Positions 23,746 through 32,054 of a stretch of 40,016 nucleotides of DNA are shown here, piece after piece. The notes beneath the pieces are model-generated. The model was not told the origin of the DNA, searched no databases, and saw only the letters and a list, made by a program, of their open reading frames with translations. Position 1 is the stretch's first letter, and every line of letters begins with the position of its first letter. The translations under genes and the position numbers were made by a program. This stretch comes from Candidatus Woesearchaeota archaeon (GTDB lineage Archaea > Nanobdellota > Nanobdellia > Pacearchaeales > GW2011-AR1): the NCBI GenBank assembly GCA_964633605.1, contig CAZWGF010000002.1:1-40016 (forward strand), given 5' to 3'.

Positions 23746-24588
23746 CTATGTTTTGTCGAACCTCCCAGCCAATACGTCGCGCTCGTGCGCATCAAATTCG
23801 TTGTCTGCCATTGCTGCAACGTTTGCATTTGTATTAACCGCACCATCACCACCAACCGCCGCTGCTGATCCGGGCTGTAGCCGGGCTGTAGCCGAGTTTT
23901 CGGCATATGCCTGGGCCGCTGTTTGGCCTGCTGCATTGGGCGGGGGCGGGGTGTTTGCTGTGGCTAACTGCATTTCTTGCTTGGCTATTTGATACGCAAC
24001 GTCCTTTGCGCTTATTTCGTTTGGCTGCTGCTTAATCCACTGGACTAAGGCAGGGTTCTTGGTGATTGCTGATTTCATGTGTTCTGACATTGTTAATTGG
24101 CCGGTCGTTGGATCGACCTGGCCTACTACTTGTGCGTAATCTTGGTGTGTAGCGTCAAACAATCTTTGCTCTACACTCTGGAAACGTTCGTTATACGTTT
24201 TCCGCAATTCCGCATCACGGGCTCTGGCTGCCTCCAGGGGGACATAATCGTAACCATCCCATTCGCTGTAGGGATCTTCCTCTGTCGCCGCCTGGGGTGC
24301 GGGCTGTGCTGCGGTAGGCTGCTGTGGGGTTGCGGCCATCATCTGCACTTGCTGCTGCAGTTGCTGGTAATTGGCTTTAAGTTCCGCATTTTCTTGCTGG
24401 GTCTGCTGGAGTTGTTCGTTCACATCGACCTGCGGTTCCTGCGGTGCATTTGCGTCAGTGGCGGGCTGAGCGGGGGTATCGCCGTTGGTTTGGTCAGGAG
24501 CAACCTGATCTTGCACCGGGTTGGGTTGGCCAGTGGCGGGCTGTGCTGAGGTATCGCCGTTTGCCAGTTGATCGTTGATTTCTGCCAT
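23746..24588 (-). CDS. scaffolding protein (putative)
   Basis: 280 aa, Q/A/P-rich and helical, between the portal-proximal small genes and the capsid gene. Internal duplicate NGDT(S/P)AQPAT. Confidence 0.65.
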   Translation of the reverse strand: MAEINDQLANGDTSAQPATGQPNPVQDQVAPDQTNGDTPAQPATDANAPQEPQVDVNEQLQQTQQENAELKANYQQLQQQVQMMAATPQQPTAAQPAPQAATEEDPYSEWDGYDYVPLEAARARDAELRKTYNERFQSVEQRLFDATHQDYAQVVGQVDPTTGQLTMSEHMKSAITKNPALVQWIKQQPNEISAKDVAYQIAKQEMQLATANTPPPPNAAGQTAAQAYAENSATARLQPGSAAAVGGDGAVNTNANVAAMADNEFDAHERDVLAGRFDKT

Positions 24589-24623
24589 GTTTTACCCCTT
24601 CTTTGCAGTTATAAAAAAAGCTC

Positions 24624-24704
24624 TTAGCGCTCTACGTTAAATGATGTTTCAGTTTCAGCCAATAGGTGATGGGCGTACAGTTCTAACCAACCATATTTTT
24701 TCAT
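24624..24704 (-). CDS. possible 26-aa micro-ORF
   Basis: ATG 24704 overlaps the TGA of the upstream gene (ATGA). Reads MKKYGWLELYAHHLLAETETSFNVER. Fills most of a 112-nt gap. Confidence 0.2.
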   Translation of the reverse strand: MKKYGWLELYAHHLLAETETSFNVER

Positions 24705-24985
24705 GCTGACACCGCTCCACAAGATTCAATGTAAAATTCTCCGTTCGGGCTGCCTATTGAGCTTTCCCTGAAACCGCACCGAAGAACAGGATTGCCTTTG
24801 TAGGAAACCACAGTGATATCCGTCTTGATGTCCACGTGGTATTTCAGGTGCTGTTGGGCCAGGTCATCCGTTAGTCCGACGATGTTATCGGCAATGGCTT
24901 GCTCTAGAGCAACCATGCCGTCCTGGATGCCCGTTACTTTCGGCACCCTCACCTCTACGCCTTGGTTTTCGTTTGGTGCAATCAT
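24701..24985 (-). CDS. hypothetical protein
   Basis: 94 aa; start overlaps the upstream stop by 1 nt. Confidence 0.7.
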   Translation of the reverse strand: MIAPNENQGVEVRVPKVTGIQDGMVALEQAIADNIVGLTDDLAQQHLKYHVDIKTDITVVSYKGNPVLRCGFRESSIGSPNGEFYIESCGAVSA

Positions 24986-25194
24986 TATCGCATCGCCTTC
25001 TTAACAACAGCGGCTTTCTTTTGCAGTCTCTTTTCTGCCCGCTTCAACAACCTGGGGTTTTCTCGTATTTCCTCAGCTCTCATTAGCGTGTCGGCTGCGT
25101 TCTCGGCTTCCCAATCACGATCTACTGACAACTGGGGTCCTGTGGTGTTTGGGGAACGTTTTTTTGCTGCCTTCTTTGCTTTCTTCTTAGCCAT
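24985..25194 (-). CDS. highly basic Lys-rich small protein (nucleic-acid binding?)
   Basis: 69 aa; MAKKKAKKAAKKR... and KRAEKRLQKKAAVVKKAMR. Confidence 0.65.
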   Translation of the reverse strand: MAKKKAKKAAKKRSPNTTGPQLSVDRDWEAENAADTLMRAEEIRENPRLLKRAEKRLQKKAAVVKKAMR

Positions 25195-25446
25195 TTATCC
25201 AATCCTTCCAACATTATTGCGATAAACATGCACGGCACCCGACCGATCCATTCTCCAAACCAATTCGCTCGGGTGACATTTTTGTATAATGGCCTCTTGC
25301 CTGATAACTGCCTTGAGATATGCACGACGTTGTTGGGGCAATTTCTTAATGATCGGGTCCTTGTAGCCCCGGCCGCGGCAAAGTGCCATGGCCTTAAGCT
25401 TCTCTTGCTGTGTCGCTGGTCTTCGTAGCATCCCACGCATTGGCAT
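25195..25446 (-). CDS. hypothetical protein
   Basis: 83 aa; leader TCGAAAGGGATAGCA-ATG. Abuts the next gene. Preferred over the overlapping alternative frame 25122..25436. Confidence 0.65.
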   Translation of the reverse strand: MPMRGMLRRPATQQEKLKAMALCRGRGYKDPIIKKLPQQRRAYLKAVIRQEAIIQKCHPSELVWRMDRSGAVHVYRNNVGRIG

Positions 25447-25461
25447 TGCTATCCCTTTCGA

Positions 25462-27483
25462 CTATTTCAGTGCTTTCTGTCTGCGTCTACGACCTTTTGT
25501 GCTTTGCTTCTTGTCGTTGGCAGTTGTCTGGCTCGCCTGGCTCAAGGCTGCCTGGGTCTGGGCCCGCATTAGCTCGACCTTGGCCTTTCGCTCTGCCAGG
25601 TCCATGAGTTGCTCATTGTTGAGGTTCAGCAGCTCTCCGGCGGTCTGTGCGTTCTTGAGTGCCACGGAGGACTTATTCACCTGGATGTCTGAGATGTCCT
25701 CGCGGGCCCTGGCCACCTTGGCTGCTGTCTCGGCCTGAACAAGCTTATTGATCTGCTCTTGCTCTTGTTGCTGCTTTTGGGCCGCCTGGTCACGCTGCTG
25801 CTCACGCTGCTTGATACGTGCCATGAACTGCGGTTTCTTCTGAAGGTTTGAGGACTCTATGATGTCGCTAATGGTAATGACTTCTGCTGCGTCAGGATAC
25901 AAGCTGCGAATCTCTGTCAATTCACGCATGTTTGACTGCTGCTGGTTCTCTGTAAGAAGCCCCTCGGTAGGATTGCAGTCGTAATAAATCATATCATCTG
26001 CGTAAAACTCTTTGACCGGCATCTCGTTAATCATTCGTTGTACGCGGATCGGGTCTTGCCATATCTGATTAAGCCTGGCCTGTTTCCTTCCGACCTGCTG
26101 TTTGGCTATCCTGAAGCCCTCAAATAGTCCCTGGTGTCCGGTCAAGGCCTGGCCGGTCCTGTGGCGGCTTAGGATCGCTGGGATGTCGCCGGTATCAGTA
26201 CCGAAGATTTCCTCATTCATCCCGCCAACGTCGGTTTCCTCTTTGTCCATGAGTGTCAGCATCTGGAAGAATCCGGGCGGAATGTCCGGGGTCGGTGCCT
26301 GCCAAAACGCATCCGTTAGCTGGCCCTCGAAGTCATCTCGCACCTCGATAACCTTGCCTTGACCAGACTGGAAAACGTCCTTGGGGTTCTTTAGGGAGCC
26401 CTCTTTGTACAGCCGGTAGGTGGTCAACTGGGATTCAACGATGTCGATTGTCTGATTGATCCTTCTGTTGCGTGCCTTCTGGGGATCCCTAAGAATCCTC
26501 ACGAAAGACTGAAGCTTGAGTTCTTCGCGGTCCATCTCACTGACCCACTCACCGGGGAACCACACGACGTTGTAGTCGTCAAGGGCCAGCGGGTTTATAT
26601 CGTTCCACACGGGTTCGCTGTCCACGTAGATGGTAAGCTTAACCTTGTTTATCGGCTTCTTGAACCGGCTGAGTGCTGGGGTGCCGTTCGGGAGTTTTGC
26701 GTTTGCGATCAGGAATTCGACTCTGTTCTTGTCGCCGTGCCGCTTTACCAATTCCTTGAATGGTATCTCCTGGGCGGTCAATCGGCTAATGATGGTATCC
26801 TCAAAAGTTGTCTCTCGCCGCCAATATTCCTCGTACAACCGCATTTTTTGCTGTCTGGCATATCCGTGGTTGTGATTGTAGTCCCACCTTTGCGTGCCCT
26901 GGCCGTGCGGGATCTTATTGATGTCGTCTGCATTCTCGGGAAGGAGCTGCAATGCCGTCGATTCGTGCATGTACCGGCCTGTTTGGTAGTAGGTGCAGTC
27001 GCTTAGATCCGTAAAGGTCAGGGCCGGATCCAGCAGGAATTGATTGTAGGCCAGGCGGGCGTACCGGAAAAAGCCGAGACGGTCCCGGTGAATCTCCATG
27101 AGATTGCTGCCAGAAACTAATTGGCCCATCTTGAAGCAGTCTGACATGACGCCATAACCGCCGAATAATGACATTTGCTGCGTGATGAGTGCTGTATGCT
27201 GCCGTGCGGATTCGTTGTCCTCACTGCCAATGGGAGACATCTTCAGGATGTGCCGGTTGCGGATCTCATAGCCCGACAACAGCTTTACCTGCCGTTTCGT
27301 CTTGTTGATTACATAGATCGGCCTGCCGGTGCGCCTCGCAAACTCTTCGTCGTCCTTGCTGTTCTGTGCGCCCAGGTACATCTCGGTATCGACGGCGCCC
27401 TCGTCCAGGAAACCGCTCCATCCTTGCCGGGCAAAGTCGTATCTGTCCTCTCGCTCCGATTTAAGGTCATTCATCTCTGACAT
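25462..27483 (-). CDS. portal protein
   Basis: 673 aa directly after TerL (TGA 27487, AAGGTG RBS, ATG 27483). Size and position are typical. Long helical Q/A/K-rich C-terminal tail (about the last 110 aa), like barrel-bearing portals. Confidence 0.85.
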   Translation of the reverse strand: MSEMNDLKSEREDRYDFARQGWSGFLDEGAVDTEMYLGAQNSKDDEEFARRTGRPIYVINKTKRQVKLLSGYEIRNRHILKMSPIGSEDNESARQHTALITQQMSLFGGYGVMSDCFKMGQLVSGSNLMEIHRDRLGFFRYARLAYNQFLLDPALTFTDLSDCTYYQTGRYMHESTALQLLPENADDINKIPHGQGTQRWDYNHNHGYARQQKMRLYEEYWRRETTFEDTIISRLTAQEIPFKELVKRHGDKNRVEFLIANAKLPNGTPALSRFKKPINKVKLTIYVDSEPVWNDINPLALDDYNVVWFPGEWVSEMDREELKLQSFVRILRDPQKARNRRINQTIDIVESQLTTYRLYKEGSLKNPKDVFQSGQGKVIEVRDDFEGQLTDAFWQAPTPDIPPGFFQMLTLMDKEETDVGGMNEEIFGTDTGDIPAILSRHRTGQALTGHQGLFEGFRIAKQQVGRKQARLNQIWQDPIRVQRMINEMPVKEFYADDMIYYDCNPTEGLLTENQQQSNMRELTEIRSLYPDAAEVITISDIIESSNLQKKPQFMARIKQREQQRDQAAQKQQQEQEQINKLVQAETAAKVARAREDISDIQVNKSSVALKNAQTAGELLNLNNEQLMDLAERKAKVELMRAQTQAALSQASQTTANDKKQSTKGRRRRQKALK

Positions 27484-27486
27484 GTG

Positions 27487-28962
27487 TCACCTTGGCCTCA
27501 CATATTGCTCGTTGAGTTGCATCAATTCTTCCTCATTGAGCCTGTTCGCAGCGGAGGAAGATACCCGGTTGATTGCTTTCGACAGATACCGCAGTGAGTC
27601 GGCTGCGTGTTCGTTTCCGTCCCGCTCGGGCGTGCCGGTGTATACGGTATGATCCTCGCTGCTCATGCTATTGTTTATGCCCTCATGGTAGCCTAAGACC
27701 TTCTCGATGCCTATCTCGCAGTCAACAGAATCAAAGCGGGCGGTATACAGGAAATTCTTTGTTCTGATGATACCATCCTTCACGCTGCGTTCCATCTTCA
27801 TTTTCGTGAAGTTTATGCCCGCTCGCCTTGCCTCGGCCAGGAGGCCCCTGCCAGCAACAACCTTGTAGGCGTTTGAATCAACGTCGAATGGGGCGAAGAA
27901 CTTTCCGTAAACGTATCCGTACTTTTTCCGCCAGGTCCTGAACAGCTCAGCATAATCTTTCATGTCCTGGCCGGAGTCTTCATAGAACCTGATGATGTTG
28001 CAGAAACCGCTCTCTAGTACCTGGAAGAACCACCACGCGCTCGTGTACCCTGGATCAACGACTCCGTGTACCAAGTAGCCGGGTATCATGCCAATGTCGC
28101 AGATACGGCCTTTTTTCTCCAGCCAGTCTAAGACCTTGTGGTAGTATGACCCAAGCACGGCCTTTTCTGAAATGCCCCCGAGAACTCGTACCGCGTACTC
28201 GTCAGAATGCCTCCCGTGCTTGCGGGCCATGCGCTCCTCGAAATCTCGGCCATAAACGCCTGGGATTACTGTACGGCCTTCTTTGTAGTTTGGTGTATCC
28301 AGGACTGAAACCTGGATGTGGTTGTAATCCGGATCCTTGAAAGTCCTGGCAAAGTCGCCAACACCAGAAGTTGCATTTCCAATCGCCAGAAACCTCACAT
28401 TGTCCGGGGTGCCCATTAGGGATTCAGCAGCTCTCCAAATCTCAGGAAGAATGCCGGCAGCTTCGTCGAATAGGATAAGAACGTTTTTGTTATGGAAACC
28501 CTGAAAACCCGTGGCTTCCTTTGTGACGGTGTCCGGTTTAGTGGCCACGCCGATAGCGAAGTACTTCATGCCGAGGTTCGGCTGAAGGTCAAGCTTCTGT
28601 GTACTCAGGTCGCCAAACAGGGGTATCTTTGCGTTTTCGTATGATTCCCTAATCTCTCGCCAAAGAAGGTCTTTTACCTGGGTCGCTGTCGGGGCTGTTG
28701 TGACGACGGTTGCCGGTGGGTAGCAGTACAGGAAGGTCAAGACGAGGCGTGCCGCGTAGTAAGTTTTTGATAGCCCGTGGCCGGCCCTCACTGTGGTGCG
28801 CTTGTTATCACGCACTGATTCGGCTATCTCGTTCATCTTGGGCCAAACGTACCTCTCCTGCACATCGAGAGCGTGAGTGGTAAACCAGACGTGATCGTCC
28901 CTACCCCTCTTGCACATCTCCCGGACTTGCTGGACTGTCGTTTTGCCCCTCGTGGCTATCAT
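27487..28962 (-). CDS. terL: terminase large subunit
   Basis: 491 aa. Walker A-like RAGHGLSKTY, Walker B-like VLILFDEAAG, and nuclease-half motifs VVDPGYTSAWW and HAADSLRY. Confidence 0.9.
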   Translation of the reverse strand: MIATRGKTTVQQVREMCKRGRDDHVWFTTHALDVQERYVWPKMNEIAESVRDNKRTTVRAGHGLSKTYYAARLVLTFLYCYPPATVVTTAPTATQVKDLLWREIRESYENAKIPLFGDLSTQKLDLQPNLGMKYFAIGVATKPDTVTKEATGFQGFHNKNVLILFDEAAGILPEIWRAAESLMGTPDNVRFLAIGNATSGVGDFARTFKDPDYNHIQVSVLDTPNYKEGRTVIPGVYGRDFEERMARKHGRHSDEYAVRVLGGISEKAVLGSYYHKVLDWLEKKGRICDIGMIPGYLVHGVVDPGYTSAWWFFQVLESGFCNIIRFYEDSGQDMKDYAELFRTWRKKYGYVYGKFFAPFDVDSNAYKVVAGRGLLAEARRAGINFTKMKMERSVKDGIIRTKNFLYTARFDSVDCEIGIEKVLGYHEGINNSMSSEDHTVYTGTPERDGNEHAADSLRYLSKAINRVSSSAANRLNEEELMQLNEQYVRPR

Positions 28963-29410
28963 CGTGTAAGAGTTCTTTCATGGCCTCGGCAAAGGTCTTC
29001 ATCTTGCCCTTGTCCGAGTCCTCGTAATACAATACATGCTTGGCCAGTTTTTCGACCGCTGACAGAACCTCGGAGTGTGTTGGCTCAGCTTTCGGCTCAT
29101 ACTCTGCGATCTTCAGCAGTCTTGCCGTTATCTGCTCGTGCTGAACTTTGGTGTGCAGCTTCTTCTCGTCAATGAGTTCTTCAATACGGTCACTAACATC
29201 TGCATAACGCAAAAGCCGCCTGGCTATCTTGGCGGCGTAGTTGATGTCTCGTTTGTTGAATGGCTCTAAGGGGATTTCCTCTACAACTTCCCCGCCATCC
29301 CAGTGCTGCCTTTTGTAGTGCTGGGTTCTGATGATTGCAGCGCCTGGGTCCAGGTCCCACACATATTCAATACAGAAGCGCTCGTGCGCAGCAAATTCTA
29401 GTTCAGGCAT
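28901..29410 (-). CDS. terS: terminase small subunit
   Basis: 169 aa upstream of TerL. ERFCIEYVWDLDPGAAIIRT and AAKIARRLLRYADVSDRIEEL fit the Terminase_2-type pattern. 62-nt overlap with the TerL ORF (TerL start uncertain). Confidence 0.7.
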   Translation of the reverse strand: MPELEFAAHERFCIEYVWDLDPGAAIIRTQHYKRQHWDGGEVVEEIPLEPFNKRDINYAAKIARRLLRYADVSDRIEELIDEKKLHTKVQHEQITARLLKIAEYEPKAEPTHSEVLSAVEKLAKHVLYYEDSDKGKMKTFAEAMKELLHDDSHEGQNDSPASPGDVQEG

Positions 29411-29411
29411 T

Positions 29412-29639
29412 TTACTTCACCTCGATCCGGGGCGTTCCTGGTTTTGGGGGAACTGCCTTCATAGCTTTGTGCCCGTAGCCAAATGCAGTCAGGGCCACAC
29501 CAACGACAGCAATCACCTTGCCAGCAGAAACGGGGATGCCTTCCGGCCAGATTATTACACTGGATGGAATCACCACAGCCCAGTAAAAATGCCCGATGTG
29601 TGCCTTGCGGCCATTTAATAGATCCCAAAGCTTCAACAC
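29412..29639 (-). CDS. small two-TM membrane protein
   Basis: ORF track gives 29412..29693. GTG 29639 has AAAAGGGG 7 nt upstream. The stop TAA lies 1 nt before the terS ATG. Hydrophobic YWAVVIPSSVIIW and VIAVVGVALTAFGY. Confidence 0.6.
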   Translation of the reverse strand: MLKLWDLLNGRKAHIGHFYWAVVIPSSVIIWPEGIPVSAGKVIAVVGVALTAFGYGHKAMKAVPPKPGTPRIEVK

Positions 29640-29650
29640 GATAATGCCCC

Positions 29651-29700
29651 TTTTGTAAAAGCACGGGCCCGGATCACCGGCTAGCAGGCTCACCGGGCCC
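29651..29700 (-). terminator. hairpin / terminator candidate after the OMP-like gene
   Basis: Minus strand: GGGCCCGG (29700-29693), a 20-nt loop, CCGGGCCC (29672-29665), then GTGCTTTTAC. All-GC 8-bp stem, but a long loop and only 4 T. Confidence 0.4.
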
Positions 29701-29721
29701 TGTCTGTTGAAAGGTTCGTTA

Positions 29722-30267
29722 TTAATCGTCCCGCCAGCGAATCACCAGGCCGCCCGTCACCAGATTGTTGCTTCCATACAGCTCAGCGTCGCGCACGTAC
29801 TGATAGCCACCAACGGCCATCACTTCCCAACTCACAATCCCAGCTTCGTTGATTTTCCGGTCAAGTAGGACGTGGGCGGATACACCAATTGGCGTATACC
29901 ATTCCTCCATGCTCGTAACGTCAACGACTAGGGACGCCTCCACGAATAGCTTACCTTGGACTGGAGCCTCGACGCCGGACCAATTCAACAGCGGATACCG
30001 GATGAACGCACCGACCGACCAGTCCCTGACATGCAAATCGGCGTCGCGTGTTGAGTCGTTGACATAATGCCCGATGCCGACAATGCCATAGTCAATATTT
30101 GTGCCGTTTTCCTCCATGATTGGGCTGCGTCCCACCTGGATCGCGAACAGATCATCGGCCAAGTTCAGGCCAAAATTGGTGTATTTGCCCCATATATCAG
30201 CGAGTGAGGTTGAACAGAGAATACCCAGGAGGACGACCGCGAATACCACTTTCTTCCCAATACCCAT
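29722..30267 (-). CDS. outer-membrane beta-barrel-like protein (Lom/OmpX-class moron)
   Basis: 181 aa. Signal peptide MGIGKKVVFAVVLLGILCSTSLA-D. Alternating-hydrophobic strands (VGAFIRYPL, KLFVEASLVVDV, IVSWEVMAVGGYQYV, LVTGGLVIRW). Flanked by an 87-nt upstream gap and a downstream hairpin. Confidence 0.5.
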   Translation of the reverse strand: MGIGKKVVFAVVLLGILCSTSLADIWGKYTNFGLNLADDLFAIQVGRSPIMEENGTNIDYGIVGIGHYVNDSTRDADLHVRDWSVGAFIRYPLLNWSGVEAPVQGKLFVEASLVVDVTSMEEWYTPIGVSAHVLLDRKINEAGIVSWEVMAVGGYQYVRDAELYGSNNLVTGGLVIRWRDD

Positions 30268-30354
30268 GCCATTTCCCTTTCAAAGTGCCATAAATCTATC
30301 AATACAGCTTACCTAGCCGACCCAATAACCGGCTTTACGGCTCAGTGTCAAGCT

Positions 30355-30696
30355 TTATTCCGCTGATTTTACAGATGTTTCCCCTTTGATGTGTCCCTGG
30401 ATCATCGCCAGGAGCGTTGGATCCTGCTTGATTTCCTGTAGTTTTCGCAAAGCATTGTCGCCCTGAGAAACCGCTGCAATCCACGCAGTTCTTTTGCCGA
30501 CTTCGGCCTGGATCTTGGCGTGCGCCTTGGCCTTTTGTTCGTCTGTGCCTTGTGCCTCTACTCGGTTCTGCCATGATTTTATCTGGGCTTCCAAGTACTC
30601 CATGAGTTCACTTACGGGCGAATTGCCATGGATCTCTGCACCACATTCGCCACAGAATCTTGACTTCCACTTCTTGTTACAGTGTTTGATTGCCAT
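30355..30696 (-). CDS. Zn-ribbon + helical hypothetical protein
   Basis: 113 aa. N-terminal HCNKK...FCGECG, with the remainder helical. Confidence 0.7.
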   Translation of the reverse strand: MAIKHCNKKWKSRFCGECGAEIHGNSPVSELMEYLEAQIKSWQNRVEAQGTDEQKAKAHAKIQAEVGKRTAWIAAVSQGDNALRKLQEIKQDPTLLAMIQGHIKGETSVKSAE

Positions 30697-30735
30697 GCTT
30701 ACAGCTCCTTTATTTGAGTGTCATTTCATTCCTGC

Positions 30736-31254
30736 TCAGTCAACGATGTACCAGCCATCGGTGATCATCTCGACTTGGGACGGCAACCACCCGCATATCC
30801 AATCCCCGTTTCCTGCGTGCATGGCAAAGTACGGTGGACAATGCAGTGGCACGTCCTCACCGCTAAACTTGGCTGTACGATCATTGACCTTGCGTGCAGT
30901 CCCTTGGGTGTTGAACGGTGGTAGATCCAAAGTAGGCTGCATGACGACAAACTGATCTTTGGCATACCAATCACGGAATGCGATCTTGAGGCCCTTCTTG
31001 GCCGCCTCAATGGCGAGCCCGAACATCATGCGGTCTGTGCGGCGGTAGGCGTTATCGGCAACATTCTTTGGACTCCATGAGATATAGTTCTCATGGTCTG
31101 GATGGTTACTGTTCGGGCTGTCCAGGTATTCAACCAGGTATCCATCATCAACTGGGTCTTCGCCTTCTGGGATTTCCCAACCACGGTACTGATTGTACTG
31201 GCCTCTGGTCATTGCTCTCATTGCGACTAGTTTCACTCCAATGTACTTTTCCAT
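30736..31254 (-). CDS. DUF2829 (Tad2-like) domain protein with N-terminal YxVEY...ISWSPK domain
   Basis: 172 aa. The C-terminal half MFGLAIEAAKKGLKIAFRDW...PPYFAMHAGNGDWICGWLPSQVEMITDGWYIVD fits the DUF2829 pattern (F..A...K.G.k..R..W ... W.psq.D....DW.iv). Recollection only, not searched. Confidence 0.55.
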   Translation of the reverse strand: MEKYIGVKLVAMRAMTRGQYNQYRGWEIPEGEDPVDDGYLVEYLDSPNSNHPDHENYISWSPKNVADNAYRRTDRMMFGLAIEAAKKGLKIAFRDWYAKDQFVVMQPTLDLPPFNTQGTARKVNDRTAKFSGEDVPLHCPPYFAMHAGNGDWICGWLPSQVEMITDGWYIVD

Positions 31255-31255
31255 A

Positions 31256-31657
31256 CTACAATCCTTTCTTCACTGAGTACGTTTTCGTTTTTCTGCTATA
31301 CCTTAGCACTTTCATTTTGAGTAACTGGTCTACGCATTTATTCAAAGTCCCGTGGCACTTGAAATGGTCTGTGTTCCCGCTAAACAAGTCGAGGTTTTTG
31401 ATATCGTTATCCGTTTTCACCATGCTAATGTGATGCACTTGCTCAGTGGGTTTCAGGTATCTTTTGAGCTTCTTTTCCATTACAAGCCGATGTTGCGCAA
31501 CAAAACCTTTCCTTGCGTATGGGTGTTCTGTTCGCTTCTCTAGCACTGGCCCCTCACACCCACCTCTTTTGTGTTTGGTCGTTCCATCTGGCTTCAATGT
31601 TTTCTTTTCACAACCCCATGTCAAGCATTCTGGCACAATCCGCCAGTAGCATCGCAT
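31256..31657 (-). CDS. HNH endonuclease
   Basis: 133 aa. AQHRLVMEKKL...EQVHHISMVKTDNDIKNLDLF...HFKCH carries His-Asn-His spacing. The start is uncertain (50-nt overlap with the upstream gene, no SD). Confidence 0.75.
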   Translation of the reverse strand: MRCYWRIVPECLTWGCEKKTLKPDGTTKHKRGGCEGPVLEKRTEHPYARKGFVAQHRLVMEKKLKRYLKPTEQVHHISMVKTDNDIKNLDLFSGNTDHFKCHGTLNKCVDQLLKMKVLRYSRKTKTYSVKKGL

Positions 31658-32054
31658 CGGCCACGGCGTGCGTTATCTTCTGTTCTGGCCATCGCCTTTG
31701 TGCCGCTATCTTGCTTACATTTTTATCGCCTCCTGTCCGGCAGTTCATTTTAGTCATCCACTTGGTTGGAGTTATTAGCTGGTAGGGTATTTTTAAACCA
31801 ACTAGACACATCTCTAACTGGCCATAGCTTTGGCCAAATTTGAATGTTGACGAGACTCCCTGTTTCGGCATTGCTGACACTCGCTCAAGAAATGCTGTCT
31901 TAGGATTAAAGTCACGCTTACAGATTACCATTTCATGAGCCAGATCGGCCAAGGTTAGTCCCTTGAACTTGAACACCTTGGCGATGCGGCCCTTTTCGTT
32001 AACCACGGCACAACCCCCGGACGCGCCGGGATCAACTCCGAGATAGAACGACAT
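31608..32054 (-). CDS. RuvC-like Holliday junction resolvase
   Basis: 148 aa. N-terminal YLGVDPGASGG catalytic-Asp motif and C-terminal HAVADAMLLADCAR. TAATG coupling to the upstream gene. Confidence 0.8.
   Translation of the reverse strand: MSFYLGVDPGASGGCAVVNEKGRIAKVFKFKGLTLADLAHEMVICKRDFNPKTAFLERVSAMPKQGVSSTFKFGQSYGQLEMCLVGLKIPYQLITPTKWMTKMNCRTGGDKNVSKIAAQRRWPEQKITHAVADAMLLADCARMLDMGL

Noticed and set aside
24601-24640. Terminator upstream of the scaffold-like gene (T7 run after AGAGCGCTAAGAGC)
   Set aside because: No stable inverted repeat precedes the T-run (only the AGCGCT palindrome and a 3-bp pairing).
25122-25436. Alternative 104-aa ORF overlapping 25195..25446
   Set aside because: The 25195..25446 frame has the GAAAGGGA leader and abuts the next gene exactly. 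The alternative frame has neither.
29707-29726. + strand TTGAAAGGTTCGTTATTAAT resembling the conserved rightward leader
   Set aside because: No start codon follows (ATT AAT) and there is no ORF. It is likely chance or a relic.
30323-30351. Promoter for the OMP-like gene (exact TTGACA on the minus strand)
   Set aside because: The best -10 at 17-18 nt is TTATTG/TATTGG, which is too weak to annotate as a feature. It is kept only as a remark in the moron finding.
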